A stretch of DNA of 64,000 nucleotides from Chitinophaga pinensis. Lineage in GTDB: Bacteria > Bacteroidota > Bacteroidia > NS11-12g > UBA955. The stretch's first letter is position 1, and every line of letters begins with the position of its first letter. Under the pieces are notes generated by a model. The model had not been told where the DNA came from, did no database searches, and saw only the letters and a list, made by a program, of their open reading frames with translations. Below are positions 43,367 to 54,885 of this stretch, piece after piece. The position numbers and the translations under genes are program-made. Where the stretch lies: positions 1,171 through 65,170 of the forward strand of contig CAMBFD010000004.1 in the NCBI GenBank assembly GCA_945865625.1, given 5' to 3'.

Positions 43367-44206
43367 ATGAATATGAGAAAATATTTTTTAATGGCTTTTT
43401 TATTGCCAGTTTGTGCATTTGGTCAGGATTTTAAGTGGGATAGAACTTTAGATATTTTGGTGTCGCCATCAATTTCAACGGGTTTTTTAGGAACCATCAC
43501 AGCCGATGAAAAAGGGGGTTATAAATCGGAACAATTGGCTGATTCGTTTAGGAAATCTGATGTTTCAAATTCGTTTGTCAACTTTGGAATTGCATTCACA
43601 TTTAGGAAAACGGATAGAAAGGCATTCTCTGTTGGGATGTCATATTTAACAACTGGATTTACACGCCAAAAGGAAGGGAATATGTTTAACTATTTACCTC
43701 ATCCCGAACTTTCTGTGTATTCTAATCTATCTGAAGGCCCAACGCAAATATTGAATTATGATTTTAATTATAACTATTTAACACTTGATTTGCATTATTT
43801 AGGAAGAATAGATGGGGCAACAATGGTTTTAAAAAATACGAAATGGTGGTATTTTTTAGGGGTAGCTCCTTCTTTATTAATAAAGCAAAATGTGGTTCTT
43901 CGAACCCAGGGTTTTACTTTGGTCGAAGGTAATAATTTAGAAAAATATGATTATACAGTAGATTACAATTCAAAGGGAATTTATTCTAATTCTTACGGAG
44001 CTTATAATATTACTAAGGTTAGTTCCCCAGCTGTGAATGTGTTTCTTTCTGCGGGCACTAGGTTTGATTATACATTGTCGGAAACTTTGCATTTGGTTTT
44101 ACAACCAAAAGTAAATCTGCCAATCTTACCTTCTGCAACGGGTGTGCAAGTGGCGTGGTGCCCTCAGGCATCGATTGATGTGGGAATTATTTGGCCTTTA
44201 CATTGA
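43367..44206 (+). CDS. Hypothetical outer-membrane protein
   Basis: 279 aa. Signal peptide MNMRKYFLMAFLLPVCAFGQ. Starts immediately after the MATE stop. Confidence 0.45.
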   Translation: MNMRKYFLMAFLLPVCAFGQDFKWDRTLDILVSPSISTGFLGTITADEKGGYKSEQLADSFRKSDVSNSFVNFGIAFTFRKTDRKAFSVGMSYLTTGFTRQKEGNMFNYLPHPELSVYSNLSEGPTQILNYDFNYNYLTLDLHYLGRIDGATMVLKNTKWWYFLGVAPSLLIKQNVVLRTQGFTLVEGNNLEKYDYTVDYNSKGIYSNSYGAYNITKVSSPAVNVFLSAGTRFDYTLSETLHLVLQPKVNLPILPSATGVQVAWCPQASIDVGIIWPLH

Positions 44207-44230
44207 GAAAACCAATTTTTGGTATAAATG

Positions 44231-44264
44231 AAAAAAAACCTCGAAGAAACTTCGAGGTTTTTTT
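44231..44264. terminator. Bidirectional terminator
   Basis: AAAAAAAA-CCTCGAA-GAAAC-TTCGAGG-TTTTTTT. Confidence 0.7.
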
Positions 44265-44282
44265 ATAAGTCGGTAAATAGAA

Positions 44283-45038
44283 TTACTTACCGTTTAGTTT
44301 AGCGCTTGTATATTCTCTGTTTAGGGTTGCAATGACTGACAATGGAATTCCTTTAGGACATTCAGCAGCACAAGCACCGGTGTTGGTACAAGCCCCAAAT
44401 CCCTCAGCATCCATTTGATTCACCATGGCAACAACGCGACTTTGACGTTCCGCCTGGCCTTGTGGCAACAGACTTAATTGAGTTACCTTAGCACCTACGA
44501 AAAGCATCGCAGAAGCATTTTTACAAGCACTTACGCAAGCACCACAACCAATACAGGTAGCAGCCTCGAAAGCTTCATCGGCGATATCTTTGGGAATAAG
44601 AATATTGTTTGCATCAACCGCGTTTCCAGTATTTACAGAAACGAAACCGCCTGAAGCGATGATTCTATCAAAAGACGAGCGATTCACACTTAAATCTTTA
44701 ATTACAGGAAAAGCATTTGCTCTCCAAGGTTCAACAACAATAGTGTCGCCATCATTGAAACTTCTCATGTGTAATTGGCAAGTGGTAATGGCTTGTTTTG
44801 GTCCGTGAGGATTGCCATTAATGACCATGCTGCACATACCACAAATACCTTCACGGCAATCGTGATCAAATGCAACTGGTTCTTTGCCATCATGAATTAA
44901 TTGTTCGTTTAAAACGTCGAACATTTCCAAGAAACTCATGTTAGGATTCGTTTCAACGCTATAATTTTCAAAATTACCTTGAGCTTGAGCATTTTTTTGA
45001 CGCCAAACTTGCAGGTTTACTTTCATTGAATGTTTCAT
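44283..45038 (-). CDS. sdhB: Succinate dehydrogenase/fumarate reductase iron-sulfur subunit
   Basis: 251 aa. Cys clusters [18 protein letters not shown] and C...GAC..CPKGI. Confidence 0.9.
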   Translation of the reverse strand: MKHSMKVNLQVWRQKNAQAQGNFENYSVETNPNMSFLEMFDVLNEQLIHDGKEPVAFDHDCREGICGMCSMVINGNPHGPKQAITTCQLHMRSFNDGDTIVVEPWRANAFPVIKDLSVNRSSFDRIIASGGFVSVNTGNAVDANNILIPKDIADEAFEAATCIGCGACVSACKNASAMLFVGAKVTQLSLLPQGQAERQSRVVAMVNQMDAEGFGACTNTGACAAECPKGIPLSVIATLNREYTSAKLNGK

Positions 45039-45048
45039 GGTTCTCTAA

Positions 45049-47028
45049 TTATTTATAGCTACGTTGTTGAATTTTAATATTTTCATAAATAAGTTCTTCT
45101 TTGTGAAGTTCCCATTTGTTATTTTCAGTATGTTCCCAAGCAAATACATTTTTGTAATTTTCATCATCGCGTAATGCCTCACCATCTTCGGTTTGGTATT
45201 CTTCACGGAAGTGACCACCACAACTTTCGTTGCGGTTAAGTGCATCGATACACATCAACTCACCCAATTCTAAGAAGTCGGCAACTCTTCCGGCTTTATC
45301 TAATTCTGGATTGAATTCTTTATCGGTACCTGGTACTCTTACATTTTTATAGAAATCTTCGCGTAGGGCTCTAATTTCAGCAATGGCTTCATTTAATCCT
45401 TTTTCATTTCTAGCCATACCGCATTTGTTCCACATAATTAATCCCAATTCTCTGTGGTAGCTTTCAACTGAACGAGTACCTTTAATGTTTAAGAAGTTTT
45501 GGATTCTTTCGTTTGCACGGTTTTCAGCCGCTTCAAATGCCTCATGCGAGGTAGGAATTGCTTTTGTATGAATTTCGCCACTCAAATAACTACCAATAGT
45601 TAATGGAATTACAAAATACCCATCAGCCAAACCTTGCATCAAAGCAGAAGCTCCCAAACGGTTTGCACCGTGATCTGAGAAGTTTGCTTCACCTAATGCA
45701 TAAAGACCTGGAACTGTTGTCATTAAGTTGTAATCTACCCACAATCCACCCATTGTATAGTGAACTGCTGGATAAATACGCATTGGAACTTCGTATGGAT
45801 CTTCGTCGGTGATTTGCTTATACATGTCAAACAAATTGCCATATTTTTCTTTCACAACTTCTTGTCCAAGACGCAATAATGTTGCATCATCTGGATTTTC
45901 GATGTTGTGTTTGCTTGCTTCTGTGCGGCCATATTTTTGCATCATGTTGTATTTGAAATCCAAATAAACAGCCATTTTGCTAGGCCCAACTCCATAACCA
46001 CCATCGCAACGCTCTTTCGCGGCACGGCTCGCAATGTCTCTCGGTACTAAATTACCAAAAGCAGGGTATCTTCTTTCTAAGTAATAATCGCGTTCATCTT
46101 CAGGAATATTGTTTGGATGACGGTCATCATTTTGTTTCTTAGGGACCCAAATACGTCCATCATTTCTCAAAGACTCACTCATAAGGGTAAGCTTAGATTG
46201 ATAATGTCCTGAAACAGGTATACAAGTTGGGTGAATTTGAGTAAAGCAAGGATTTCCGAAGTATGCACCCGCTTTGTGCGCTTTCCAAGCAGCAGTAACA
46301 TTGCTTCCCATTGCATTTGTACTTAAATAGAATACATTTCCGTATCCCCCAGTGCATAAAAGAACTGCATGACTGAAGAAACGTTCAAGTTTACCAGTCA
46401 CAAGGTTTCGTGCAATAATACCGCGGGCTTTTCCTTCAATGGTCACAACTTCAACCATTTCGTGGCGGTTGTGCATTTTAACGTTACCCAAACCAACTTG
46501 ACGTTCAAGTGCAGAATAAGCACCTAACAAAAGTTGCTGACCTGTTTGTCCTGCAGCATAAAACGTACGTTGAACTTGAGTACCACCAAAAGAACGGTTA
46601 CTTAAGGTTCCGCCATATTCACGTGCGAAAGGAACACCTTGAGCAACGCATTGATCTATAATAGAAGTAGAAACTTCCGCTAAACGATGAACATTTCCTT
46701 CACGCGCTCTGTAATCGCCACCTTTGATGGTATCGTAGAACAAACGGAAAACACTATCACCATCATTTTGATAATTTTTTGCGGCATTAATACCGCCTTG
46801 AGCTGCAATTGAATGCGCTCTACGAGGAGAATCTTGGAAACAAAAAGCAGAAACTTTATAACCCATTTCGGCAAGTGAAGCTGCGGCACTAGCGCCAGCC
46901 AAGCCTGTCCCAACAACAATAATTTCTATATGTCTTTTATTTGCAGGGTTTACCAACGGAGCCATGCTTTTAAATTTGGTCCATTTTTCAGATATTGGAC
47001 CTTCTGGAATTTTTGATTCTAATTTCAT
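45049..47028 (-). CDS. sdhA: Succinate dehydrogenase/fumarate reductase flavoprotein subunit
   Basis: 659 aa. FAD-binding [30 protein letters not shown] and conserved C-terminal helices. Confidence 0.95.
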   Translation of the reverse strand: MKLESKIPEGPISEKWTKFKSMAPLVNPANKRHIEIIVVGTGLAGASAAASLAEMGYKVSAFCFQDSPRRAHSIAAQGGINAAKNYQNDGDSVFRLFYDTIKGGDYRAREGNVHRLAEVSTSIIDQCVAQGVPFAREYGGTLSNRSFGGTQVQRTFYAAGQTGQQLLLGAYSALERQVGLGNVKMHNRHEMVEVVTIEGKARGIIARNLVTGKLERFFSHAVLLCTGGYGNVFYLSTNAMGSNVTAAWKAHKAGAYFGNPCFTQIHPTCIPVSGHYQSKLTLMSESLRNDGRIWVPKKQNDDRHPNNIPEDERDYYLERRYPAFGNLVPRDIASRAAKERCDGGYGVGPSKMAVYLDFKYNMMQKYGRTEASKHNIENPDDATLLRLGQEVVKEKYGNLFDMYKQITDEDPYEVPMRIYPAVHYTMGGLWVDYNLMTTVPGLYALGEANFSDHGANRLGASALMQGLADGYFVIPLTIGSYLSGEIHTKAIPTSHEAFEAAENRANERIQNFLNIKGTRSVESYHRELGLIMWNKCGMARNEKGLNEAIAEIRALREDFYKNVRVPGTDKEFNPELDKAGRVADFLELGELMCIDALNRNESCGGHFREEYQTEDGEALRDDENYKNVFAWEHTENNKWELHKEELIYENIKIQQRSYK

Positions 47029-47032
47029 AAAA

Positions 47033-47707
47033 TTATTTAATCAAGTCTAAATGAAGAACAACCGGTATTGATGCAAATACCAATGGAACAATGATAGAAA
47101 ATGCAACACCCAATGTTTTAATCATCGGAGTTAGAATTGGGTGGTTTAAACCAAAAGTTTGAAATGCACTTTGAAAACCATGCAATAAATGATATGCCAA
47201 ACTAATACATCCCAAAACGTATAAAGTAACAGGAACGGGATTGGTAAATACTTCTACCATGAAATGATATAAAGTTTTTGTTTCGGTTAAGCCGCCTTGA
47301 GCATCGAAACGACTAACAATCCAGAAATCTTTAAGGTGCATAACCAAGAATAGTAACAAAATAGTACCTAATAAGCCCATACTTCTAGAATACCAAGTGC
47401 TATTTGATCTTTTTGGAGCTGCCCCGTATTTGTTGTTTCTCTTTTTCATGTTGTCTAGTGTTAAAGACAAACCTTGCACAATATGAATCAACAAACCGCC
47501 AATTAATCCAACCTCAGCAAGACGAATAAACAAATTATGAGCCATGAATTCAGCGGCAGCATTAAAAGTTGCCCCTCCATCCATAAAATAAACACAAGCA
47601 TTAATTGCGCAGTGAACCACCAAAAAGGCGATGAGTGAAACTCCGGTCACTGCCATAACTAGTTTTCTACCAATGCTAGAGGAAAACAAGAACGACAAAA
47701 CTCCCAT
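47033..47707 (-). CDS. sdhC: Succinate dehydrogenase/fumarate reductase cytochrome b subunit (b558 type)
   Basis: 224 aa with five hydrophobic helices carrying conserved His. Located upstream of sdhA-sdhB. Confidence 0.8.
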   Translation of the reverse strand: MGVLSFLFSSSIGRKLVMAVTGVSLIAFLVVHCAINACVYFMDGGATFNAAAEFMAHNLFIRLAEVGLIGGLLIHIVQGLSLTLDNMKKRNNKYGAAPKRSNSTWYSRSMGLLGTILLLFLVMHLKDFWIVSRFDAQGGLTETKTLYHFMVEVFTNPVPVTLYVLGCISLAYHLLHGFQSAFQTFGLNHPILTPMIKTLGVAFSIIVPLVFASIPVVLHLDLIK

Positions 47708-47838
47708 AAATATTATTTTTATCTTTTTATTTGATTGGTTACAAATTTAACAAATAGCAAGACAAATAGATGTTTAATGTGAACTAAAGATGGTTATTTA
47801 GAATAATTTTAAAGTAAAAAGTAAACAAAATTGTTAAA

Positions 47839-48426
47839 TCAACCACCCATAAGTTTAATTTTTTGTAAATATTTCCCTAAAACATCAAATTCAATATTTA
47901 CAAAATCACCTTCTTTTATGTCGGTAAGATTTGTATGTTCCCAGGTGTAAGGAATGATTGCAACACTGAATGCGTCTGGAAAGCTGTCGATTACAGTTAA
48001 ACTAATTCCGTTGATTGTTATGCTACCTTTTCCTACGGTTATTCCCGCTTCAATTGGATGTGAAATAAAAATCATGTGCGAGCCGTCTAAATCATGAATT
48101 TCATCGACGTGCCCAATGCAATCTACATGACCTTGAACATAATGTCCATCAAAACGGTCTCCAGCTTTTAGGCATCTTTCAATGTTCACTTTATCGCCAA
48201 TGTTTAATTGTCCAAGGTTTGTGCGACTCAAAGTTTCTTTAATTGCAGTAACAGAATACTTATTTCCGTTGATTTCGGTAACCGTTAAACAAATGCCATT
48301 GTGAGCGATGCTCTGGTCTATTTTGAATTCGTTGCAAATGTTTGATTCTAAATGGAATACAACATTTGAACCCTCTTGGTGGATGTCAACTACGTTAGAA
48401 AATGATTCAATAATTCCTGTGAACAT
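47839..48426 (-). CDS. ribE: Riboflavin synthase
   Basis: Start placed at MFTGIIE (ATG 48426). Two lumazine-binding repeats (..SIAHNGICLTV.. and ..SITINGISLTV..). Confidence 0.9.
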   Translation of the reverse strand: MFTGIIESFSNVVDIHQEGSNVVFHLESNICNEFKIDQSIAHNGICLTVTEINGNKYSVTAIKETLSRTNLGQLNIGDKVNIERCLKAGDRFDGHYVQGHVDCIGHVDEIHDLDGSHMIFISHPIEAGITVGKGSITINGISLTVIDSFPDAFSVAIIPYTWEHTNLTDIKEGDFVNIEFDVLGKYLQKIKLMGG

Positions 48427-48521
48427 TATACAAAATAAACAATTAATCATGACATTTTGTTTTTATGACATATTGGCATTTAAATAATTATGGCAAAATC
48501 TTTGTGATTGCGTATGTGAAT

Positions 48522-49076
48522 ATGACAACGAAAGACAATTTATCGAGCGAACCAATTGATGAAAATTTAGAGCCACAAGACTTGGAATCGAATGACACTC
48601 AGGAATCGGTTGAAACTTCTGAATCAATTGAGACCTCGGAAACAGATTTATTGCAGGCTGAAAAAGAAAAGTATATCCGTTTGTATAGTGAATTTGATAA
48701 TTTTAGACGAAGAACTACAAAGGAAAGACTTGAATGGATGCAAACGGCAAGTAAAGATGTGATTTTGAACGTGTTGCCAGTTATAGATGATATGGAAAGG
48801 GCTTTGAAATCGATGGAAACCTCCAAGGATATGTCGAAAGAAGCCATTGAAGGAATGAGTCTGATATACAATAAGTTGTATTCTATACTCGAGAAAAATG
48901 GGTTGAAACCAATGGATGCACAGGGCAATGATTTTGATCCAGAGCTGCACGAAGCAATTACTCAATTCGCTGCACCTACTCCAGATTTAGTGGGTAAAGT
49001 GATTGATGAAGTTGAAAAAGGATATTTATTAAATGATAAAGTGATTCGTTTTGCCAAAGTTGTTGTTGGTAATTAA
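48522..49076 (+). CDS. grpE: Nucleotide exchange factor GrpE
   Basis: Start placed at MTTKDNL (ATG 48522). YIRLYSEFDNFRRRT and the C-terminal beta domain ..GYLLNDKVIRFAKVVV. Confidence 0.9.
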   Translation: MTTKDNLSSEPIDENLEPQDLESNDTQESVETSESIETSETDLLQAEKEKYIRLYSEFDNFRRRTTKERLEWMQTASKDVILNVLPVIDDMERALKSMETSKDMSKEAIEGMSLIYNKLYSILEKNGLKPMDAQGNDFDPELHEAITQFAAPTPDLVGKVIDEVEKGYLLNDKVIRFAKVVVGN

Positions 49077-49084
49077 TTGATAAG

Positions 49085-50203
49085 ATGAGTAAAAGAGATT
49101 ATTATGATATACTCGGCGTGACGAAATCTTCGACCGCTGAAGAAATAAAGAAGGCTTACCGAAAGTTAGCAATTAAATTCCATCCAGATAAAAATCCGGG
49201 TAATAAAGAAGCAGAGGAGAGCTTTAAAGAGGCTGCTGAGGCTTATGATGCTCTAGGAAATGAAGAGAAGCGTCGTAAATATGATCAGTTTGGTCATTCT
49301 GGTGTAGGCGGGAATTCTGGATTCGGCGGTAGCGGCGGATTCAGTATGGATGATATTTTTAGTCAATTTGGCGATGTTTTTGGAGATGACAGTGTATTCG
49401 GTTCGTTTTTTGGCGGCGGAGGCGGTGGAAGAGGTGGTTCTCGTAGAACTGTAGGTTCAAATATTAGAATAAAATTAAAATTGACTCTTTCTGAAATGCG
49501 CGCTGGCGTTGAAAAGAAGGTGAAATACAAAAGAATGGTTCAAGCTGAAGGCGTTTCTTATGCAACTTGTAAGCATTGTGGCGGTTCAGGGGTGGTCAAA
49601 AAAGTAACAAATACATTCTTAGGTCAAATGGCAACCCAAAGTGCTTGTCCTATTTGTCAAGGATTGGGTAAGGTGATTGAAAGCAAACCTAAAGATGCCA
49701 ATGAACAAGGGCTCATTAGTCAAGAATTTGAAACTTCAATTAAAATTCCAGGCGGTGTGGCAGATGGAATGCAATTGAGTGTGAATGGCAAAGGAAATCA
49801 AGGACCTGCTGCAGGCGCATCTGGTGATTTGATTGTGTTAATTGAAGAAATTGCACATGAAGATTTACATAGAGATAACAACAATGTAATTTATCATTTG
49901 TGGCTCAGTTTTCCTGAAGCGGCTATGGGCGCGAGTGTTGAAGTACCTACGTTAGATGGCAAGGTAAAAATTAAGATAGATGCAGGTACACAAGCCGGTA
50001 AAATACTTCGTTTAAAGGGAAAAGGCTTTCCTGATTTAAATGGCTATGGTACGGGCGACCAATTAATTGTTGTGAATGTATTCGTTCCTTCCAAATTGTC
50101 GTCGGAAGAAAAAGATATTCTTTTGAAACTCCAAGAAAGTAAAAACTTCAAGCCAGACGAAAAAGATAAATCCTTTTTTGACAAAATGAAGGATATTTTC
50201 TAA
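49085..50203 (+). CDS. dnaJ: Molecular chaperone DnaJ
   Basis: J-domain DYYDILGV..KAYRKLAIKFHPDKN, a G/F-rich linker, and CxxCxGxG zinc-finger repeats. Confidence 0.95.
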   Translation: MSKRDYYDILGVTKSSTAEEIKKAYRKLAIKFHPDKNPGNKEAEESFKEAAEAYDALGNEEKRRKYDQFGHSGVGGNSGFGGSGGFSMDDIFSQFGDVFGDDSVFGSFFGGGGGGRGGSRRTVGSNIRIKLKLTLSEMRAGVEKKVKYKRMVQAEGVSYATCKHCGGSGVVKKVTNTFLGQMATQSACPICQGLGKVIESKPKDANEQGLISQEFETSIKIPGGVADGMQLSVNGKGNQGPAAGASGDLIVLIEEIAHEDLHRDNNNVIYHLWLSFPEAAMGASVEVPTLDGKVKIKIDAGTQAGKILRLKGKGFPDLNGYGTGDQLIVVNVFVPSKLSSEEKDILLKLQESKNFKPDEKDKSFFDKMKDIF

Positions 50204-50398
50204 GTGTAAAATTTATGTCATGTTTTTTATGTTGACATAATTCTTGTCAATATATGTCAAAATGGCAATTATTTCAATTCATTTGATTATCAGTCATTGG
50301 TTCAGTATGAAATAAATTATTTAGAGATACTTTTCTCTTAATTATTTATTTATTAGCTTTCGTGAATCAATTATTTTTAAAATTATTTATATAACTTT

Positions 50399-52726
50399 AT
50401 GAAATTAAGGCATTTAGCCATATCTTTTTTTGCATTTAGTGGGTTTTCTACTTCCACTTATGCTCAGAATCTTGAAAAGAATTCAAGTATTCAATTAGAT
50501 TTTAATTATTATCAGCCTCTTAGCTGTCAAGGACCAGTTCCTTTAATTTTAACTCGAACTACCAGTTCGAAAGCAAAAGAAGCAATGAAAGATATCAAAG
50601 GTAAGTCTGGAAAGCGTTCTGAAAAAAGAACCGAAATGGACCATGCAGTGGAATCAAGTTTTTTTGAAGATCAGCTACTCACAAGTGGTCAAATACTTTA
50701 CGGTGATCCAATGACCGAGTATGTGAATAACGTGGCCGACGAATTGCTGAAAGATAACCAAGCACTGAGAGATCAATTGCAAATTTTTGTTTTAAAGTCG
50801 CATATCCCCAATGCATACACAACACACAATGGAATCGTGGTTGTGACTATTGGCTTGTTGGCAAGAATTGAAAATGAATCTCAATTGGCTGTGATTCTTG
50901 CACATGAAATTCAGCATTTTGTAAAAAAACATTCCCTCAAACAATATAAAGAGGTGAAAAAAACCATTACAGAATCAAGAAGAAACTATGGCGAATTAGA
51001 GTCTAAATTGAAACGCCTCTATAGATTTAGTAAAGAGCAAGAATATGAAGCTGATGAATTAGGCTACGAGCTAGTTAAAAATTCAAAATATGATTTATCT
51101 GAAGGGATATATGTTTTTGAAATGTTGAAGTTTACCGAATATCCATTTTTAGAAACAACAATGACACTTGAGGGATTTGAAAAGCCCAATTTTAAATTCC
51201 CAACATACATTTATGAGAATATTCAATCACAGTTAAAAACAGCAAAAGAATTTGATGATAAAATTGACAAAGAAGAGAGCGACGAGGAATCGAGTACCCA
51301 CCCAAGTTTAGATAAACGAATTGATCAACTGAAATTACAAGTTGACAAAAAGGAATATCGAGGTAGACAAAAGTTTGTTGTGGGAGAGAAGGATTTTAAA
51401 TTAATGCAACAGATTTCACGTTTTGAGTTGCTTTTATCGTATATCAAAAGAGCTGATTTTGGCCGTAGTTATTACCTCGCAAAAGTTGTTGAACTCATTT
51501 ATGGCAAGAATCAATTTTTAAACAAAGTTGCCGCAATGAGTTTGTATGGCATTGTTGAGCATAAGTTGAATAAACATAATTTAGATGATTACGGGCTTAG
51601 TGTGAATTATAATCGTGGCGACTGGCGTCCTATTTCAGCGGCATTTAATAAACTAGATTCAAGAGACTTTGGTGCTTTGGCTTCAAGTTTAATTTGGGAG
51701 ATTTATATGTCAAATAAATCTGATGAATTTGTGCGTTCTATTTGTGATAGAACCTTTACTTTAATGCAGACCAAAGGCAATTTTAAATTGAAAGACTTTA
51801 CTTCTTTCAAACCAGCTGCTGTTGAACCAGAAAAGAAACCTCAAATTGATACCACCGCTACAATTTCTGATGGAAAACTTAAAAATCCAAGGTCGAGAAT
51901 TGCACGTAACTCAAGTGGAGAGGTTGTTGTAAATAACATTTATTATTATGGCGCATTTTATCATTTGAATGATAAGCAAAAAGCTGATTTGGAGAAATAT
52001 TTCGATTCAATTAAAATTGAAACAACAAGCTACAGTGCCAATCCATCTAAATTATCATATACTGAGCGCGAAAAATTGGACGCTAGAAGGTATGGTAGAT
52101 CGAATAAAAATGTTGAGAATTTGGTTCTCATGCAGCCTAGAATTATATATTCAAATGGTAAAGTTGATATGTTTTACGATAATATTGAGACCAAGCGAAA
52201 TTACTTTGCGGAAGAAATTGCGAAAAATCAAATTTTAGACAATTGGAATTATGTGCCCAATGCAACCAATAATAAAGTTGATGTTTTAGATAATTCTGTT
52301 GGGAAATCTTTGAAAACTGAAGACCTAAATCGGTATTCTATTTCTAATGATTGGCTTTCTGAACGTTTGAATAACGACACAAATCAAATGATTCTATTTT
52401 ACAAACAATATTTAAATGGTATGTCTAAAGATGAAAGCTCTCCTTATTTGTTGAATGTGAATTATGAGTATATTGTGATTCCTAGACCGTTCGATATTCA
52501 AGGACTGATTTATTCTTTTGCATTGCCATTCTATTTCCCATTTTATTTGGCTCAACAGTTTCAAAACGATTGTGTGCTCAAAGAAAAAGTTATGGCTTAT
52601 AACACAGAAACTGGCCGTCAAGTGTATTATTCAAATAAGTCGTTTCAACATAAATTGAATCAAGATTTATTGAGGGCACATATTTATAAAACAATTTATG
52701 AAATTAAACATATCAATGGTAAATAA
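50399..52726 (+). CDS. Large M48-family zinc metallopeptidase
   Basis: 775 aa with a signal peptide. HEIQH zinc motif (AHEIQHFVKKH), a downstream glutamate region (EQEYEADELG) and STHPSLDKR. Confidence 0.7.
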   Translation: MKLRHLAISFFAFSGFSTSTYAQNLEKNSSIQLDFNYYQPLSCQGPVPLILTRTTSSKAKEAMKDIKGKSGKRSEKRTEMDHAVESSFFEDQLLTSGQILYGDPMTEYVNNVADELLKDNQALRDQLQIFVLKSHIPNAYTTHNGIVVVTIGLLARIENESQLAVILAHEIQHFVKKHSLKQYKEVKKTITESRRNYGELESKLKRLYRFSKEQEYEADELGYELVKNSKYDLSEGIYVFEMLKFTEYPFLETTMTLEGFEKPNFKFPTYIYENIQSQLKTAKEFDDKIDKEESDEESSTHPSLDKRIDQLKLQVDKKEYRGRQKFVVGEKDFKLMQQISRFELLLSYIKRADFGRSYYLAKVVELIYGKNQFLNKVAAMSLYGIVEHKLNKHNLDDYGLSVNYNRGDWRPISAAFNKLDSRDFGALASSLIWEIYMSNKSDEFVRSICDRTFTLMQTKGNFKLKDFTSFKPAAVEPEKKPQIDTTATISDGKLKNPRSRIARNSSGEVVVNNIYYYGAFYHLNDKQKADLEKYFDSIKIETTSYSANPSKLSYTEREKLDARRYGRSNKNVENLVLMQPRIIYSNGKVDMFYDNIETKRNYFAEEIAKNQILDNWNYVPNATNNKVDVLDNSVGKSLKTEDLNRYSISNDWLSERLNNDTNQMILFYKQYLNGMSKDESSPYLLNVNYEYIVIPRPFDIQGLIYSFALPFYFPFYLAQQFQNDCVLKEKVMAYNTETGRQVYYSNKSFQHKLNQDLLRAHIYKTIYEIKHINGK

Positions 52727-52742
52727 TCAAGGAGGATATAAA

Positions 52743-53507
52743 ATGCGATTTCTAAGAAATATATTGGTGATCATTTTTGCATTTTCTGCAAATAATGAAA
52801 TACAAGCCCAGTCGAATCCGGGATTCATGGGCAAAACAGGCTTGGTTCAGTTTGATTTAACAGGATTGATGGGAAATTTGATTTATGAAGGACCAGCGGT
52901 AAAGGTAAATTACGGTTTTTCATATGAAAAGGCGAGAAATCAAAATTTCGCTTGGAATTTTGGATACAGCCAAACCAATCAAACCATGGATTACAACATG
53001 ATTGTTGGTGAATACTTGACTTACTATGACAATGGTCAATATAATAATGTTAGGGATAAATCATCTTTTGATTATTTATTTTCTGAGTTTAAAGTTACAC
53101 CAAAATGGTATAATGCTTCTCAGGGTGCTGTTTCTCCTTATGGTGCATACAATGGGTTGGAACTTTCTTTGGGATTTTTAAATATAAGCAATGCAAATAA
53201 AGAACAATGGAGACAACCATTATCCTCAGACGATGGCGCTAAATTAAATTCAATTCCAAGTGTCACTGTTTTTTCTGCAAGCTATATTTTTGGAGGTAGA
53301 AGAATGGTTACAGATCAAATTGGAGTTGACTTTACATTAGGTATGGGTTATACATTGTATCAGACATTGCCAGGCAATTTGATGGATTACGTTGAAGGAG
53401 ATTCCTATGCGGCAACAATTGAAGAGTTCTATCAATACACTGCTCTTAAGCATATGAGTTCTTCAAAATTATTTCAAGCGAAACTTGGTGTAAGCTATCT
53501 GTTTTAA
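52743..53507 (+). CDS. Hypothetical exported beta-rich protein
   Basis: Start placed at MRFLRNILVIIFAFSANNEIQAQ. C-terminal ..LGVSYLF is beta-barrel-like. Confidence 0.45.
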   Translation: MRFLRNILVIIFAFSANNEIQAQSNPGFMGKTGLVQFDLTGLMGNLIYEGPAVKVNYGFSYEKARNQNFAWNFGYSQTNQTMDYNMIVGEYLTYYDNGQYNNVRDKSSFDYLFSEFKVTPKWYNASQGAVSPYGAYNGLELSLGFLNISNANKEQWRQPLSSDDGAKLNSIPSVTVFSASYIFGGRRMVTDQIGVDFTLGMGYTLYQTLPGNLMDYVEGDSYAATIEEFYQYTALKHMSSSKLFQAKLGVSYLF

Positions 53508-53521
53508 AATGATATCGACAT

Positions 53522-53550
53522 AAAAAAAGGGGCTGAAAGCCCCTTTTTTT
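53522..53550. terminator. Bidirectional terminator
   Basis: AAAAAAA-GGGGC-TGAAA-GCCCC-TTTTTTT. Confidence 0.7.
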
Positions 53551-53569
53551 ATGGTTGAATATTTTAGAA

Positions 53570-54793
53570 TTAAGCTAAACGCTTTTGTAATTCTTTGTTT
53601 AACTCCTCAAGAAAATCTTCAGTGTACAAATAACTTCCCTCAGGAACATTGTTTCCATGGATACATACTGCTAAGTCTTTAGTCATTTTACCTCCTTCAA
53701 CTGTATCTACGCAAACTTGCTCTAAAGTTTGACAGAATTTAATTAGGGCTTCGTTGCCATCTAATTTACCACGGTGCTCTAAACCTCTTGTCCATGCGAA
53801 AATAGATGCAATTGGATTTGTAGAAGTTTTCTTACCTTGTTGGTGCATTCTGTAGTGACGGGTTACAGTACCATGTGCTGCTTCAGCTTCCATTGTTTTA
53901 CCGTCTGGAGTTACCAAAACAGACGTCATTAAGCCTAATGAACCGAAACCTTGAGCAACAGTATCGCTTTGAACGTCACCATCATAGTTTTTACAAGCCC
54001 AAACGAAATTGCCATTCCATTTCAATGCACTCGCTACCATGTCATCAATTAAACGATGTTCGTAAGTGATGCCAATTGAATTCATAGTCTCTTTAAATTC
54101 TTGCTCATAGATTTCTTGGAAAATATCTTTGAAACGACCATCATATTTTTTCAAAATGGTGTTTTTCGTGCTTAAATATAAAGGCCATTTTTTTGCAATT
54201 GCTTGGTTAAAGCAAGAACGTGCGAAACCACGGATACTTTCATCGGTGTTGTACATAGCCAAAGCAACGCCATCACCTTTGAAGTTGTAAACTTCGTGTT
54301 CAATCACTTGACCATCTTCACCTTCAAACTTAATGGTTAATTTGCCTTTGCCTTTTGTAACGAAGTCGGTAGCACGATATTGGTCACCAAAAGCGTGACG
54401 ACCAATGCAAATTGGAGCTGTCCAATTTGGAACTAAACGAGGAACATTTGAGCAAACAATTGGTTCGCGGAAAACAGTACCATCGAGGATGTTTCTAATT
54501 GTACCATTTGGGCTTTTCCACATTTGCTTTAAGTTGAATTCGCTTACACGATCTTCATCTGGCGTAATGGTTGCGCATTTTATGCCAACATTGTATTTTT
54601 TGATTGCTTCAGCTGCGTCAATCGTAACTTGATCGTTCGTTTGATCTCTGTATTCCATTCCTAGATCGAAATATTTAATATCAATATCGAGGTAAGGTAA
54701 GATTAATTTGTCTTTAATAAAATGCCAAATGATGCGGGTCATTTCATCGCCATCTAGTTCAACTACTGGGTTCTCAACTTTAATTTTGCTCAT
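53570..54793 (-). CDS. icd: NADP-dependent isocitrate dehydrogenase (eukaryote-like homodimeric type)
   Basis: 407 aa. [23 protein letters not shown], ..[22 protein letters not shown].., ..DGDVQSD.. All are characteristic. Confidence 0.95.
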   Translation of the reverse strand: MSKIKVENPVVELDGDEMTRIIWHFIKDKLILPYLDIDIKYFDLGMEYRDQTNDQVTIDAAEAIKKYNVGIKCATITPDEDRVSEFNLKQMWKSPNGTIRNILDGTVFREPIVCSNVPRLVPNWTAPICIGRHAFGDQYRATDFVTKGKGKLTIKFEGEDGQVIEHEVYNFKGDGVALAMYNTDESIRGFARSCFNQAIAKKWPLYLSTKNTILKKYDGRFKDIFQEIYEQEFKETMNSIGITYEHRLIDDMVASALKWNGNFVWACKNYDGDVQSDTVAQGFGSLGLMTSVLVTPDGKTMEAEAAHGTVTRHYRMHQQGKKTSTNPIASIFAWTRGLEHRGKLDGNEALIKFCQTLEQVCVDTVEGGKMTKDLAVCIHGNNVPEGSYLYTEDFLEELNKELQKRLA

Positions 54794-54885
54794 GAATTAT
54801 AAAAAAAAATAATTTTGCACAAAGATAATGTTTTCAGCCAATAATGGGAGCTTATCCCCAAGAAATACTGCTTTGGAATCAAAAA

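Noticed and set aside
45045-45245. 66-aa ORF at the 3' end of sdhA on the same strand.
   Set aside because: It lies in an alternative frame of the sdhA C-terminal region, and the sdhA reading frame is strongly supported.
49300-49440. A GGC/GGT-rich repetitive stretch.
   Set aside because: It encodes the Gly/Phe-rich linker of DnaJ, a normal protein feature and not a DNA repeat element.
52729-52736. The Shine-Dalgarno-like AAGGAGGA upstream of ATG 52743.
   Set aside because: It is compatible with the chosen start, but it lies within the 3' end of the M48 peptidase CDS, and Bacteroidota rarely depend on SD pairing. It is not reportable as a regulatory feature on this evidence.
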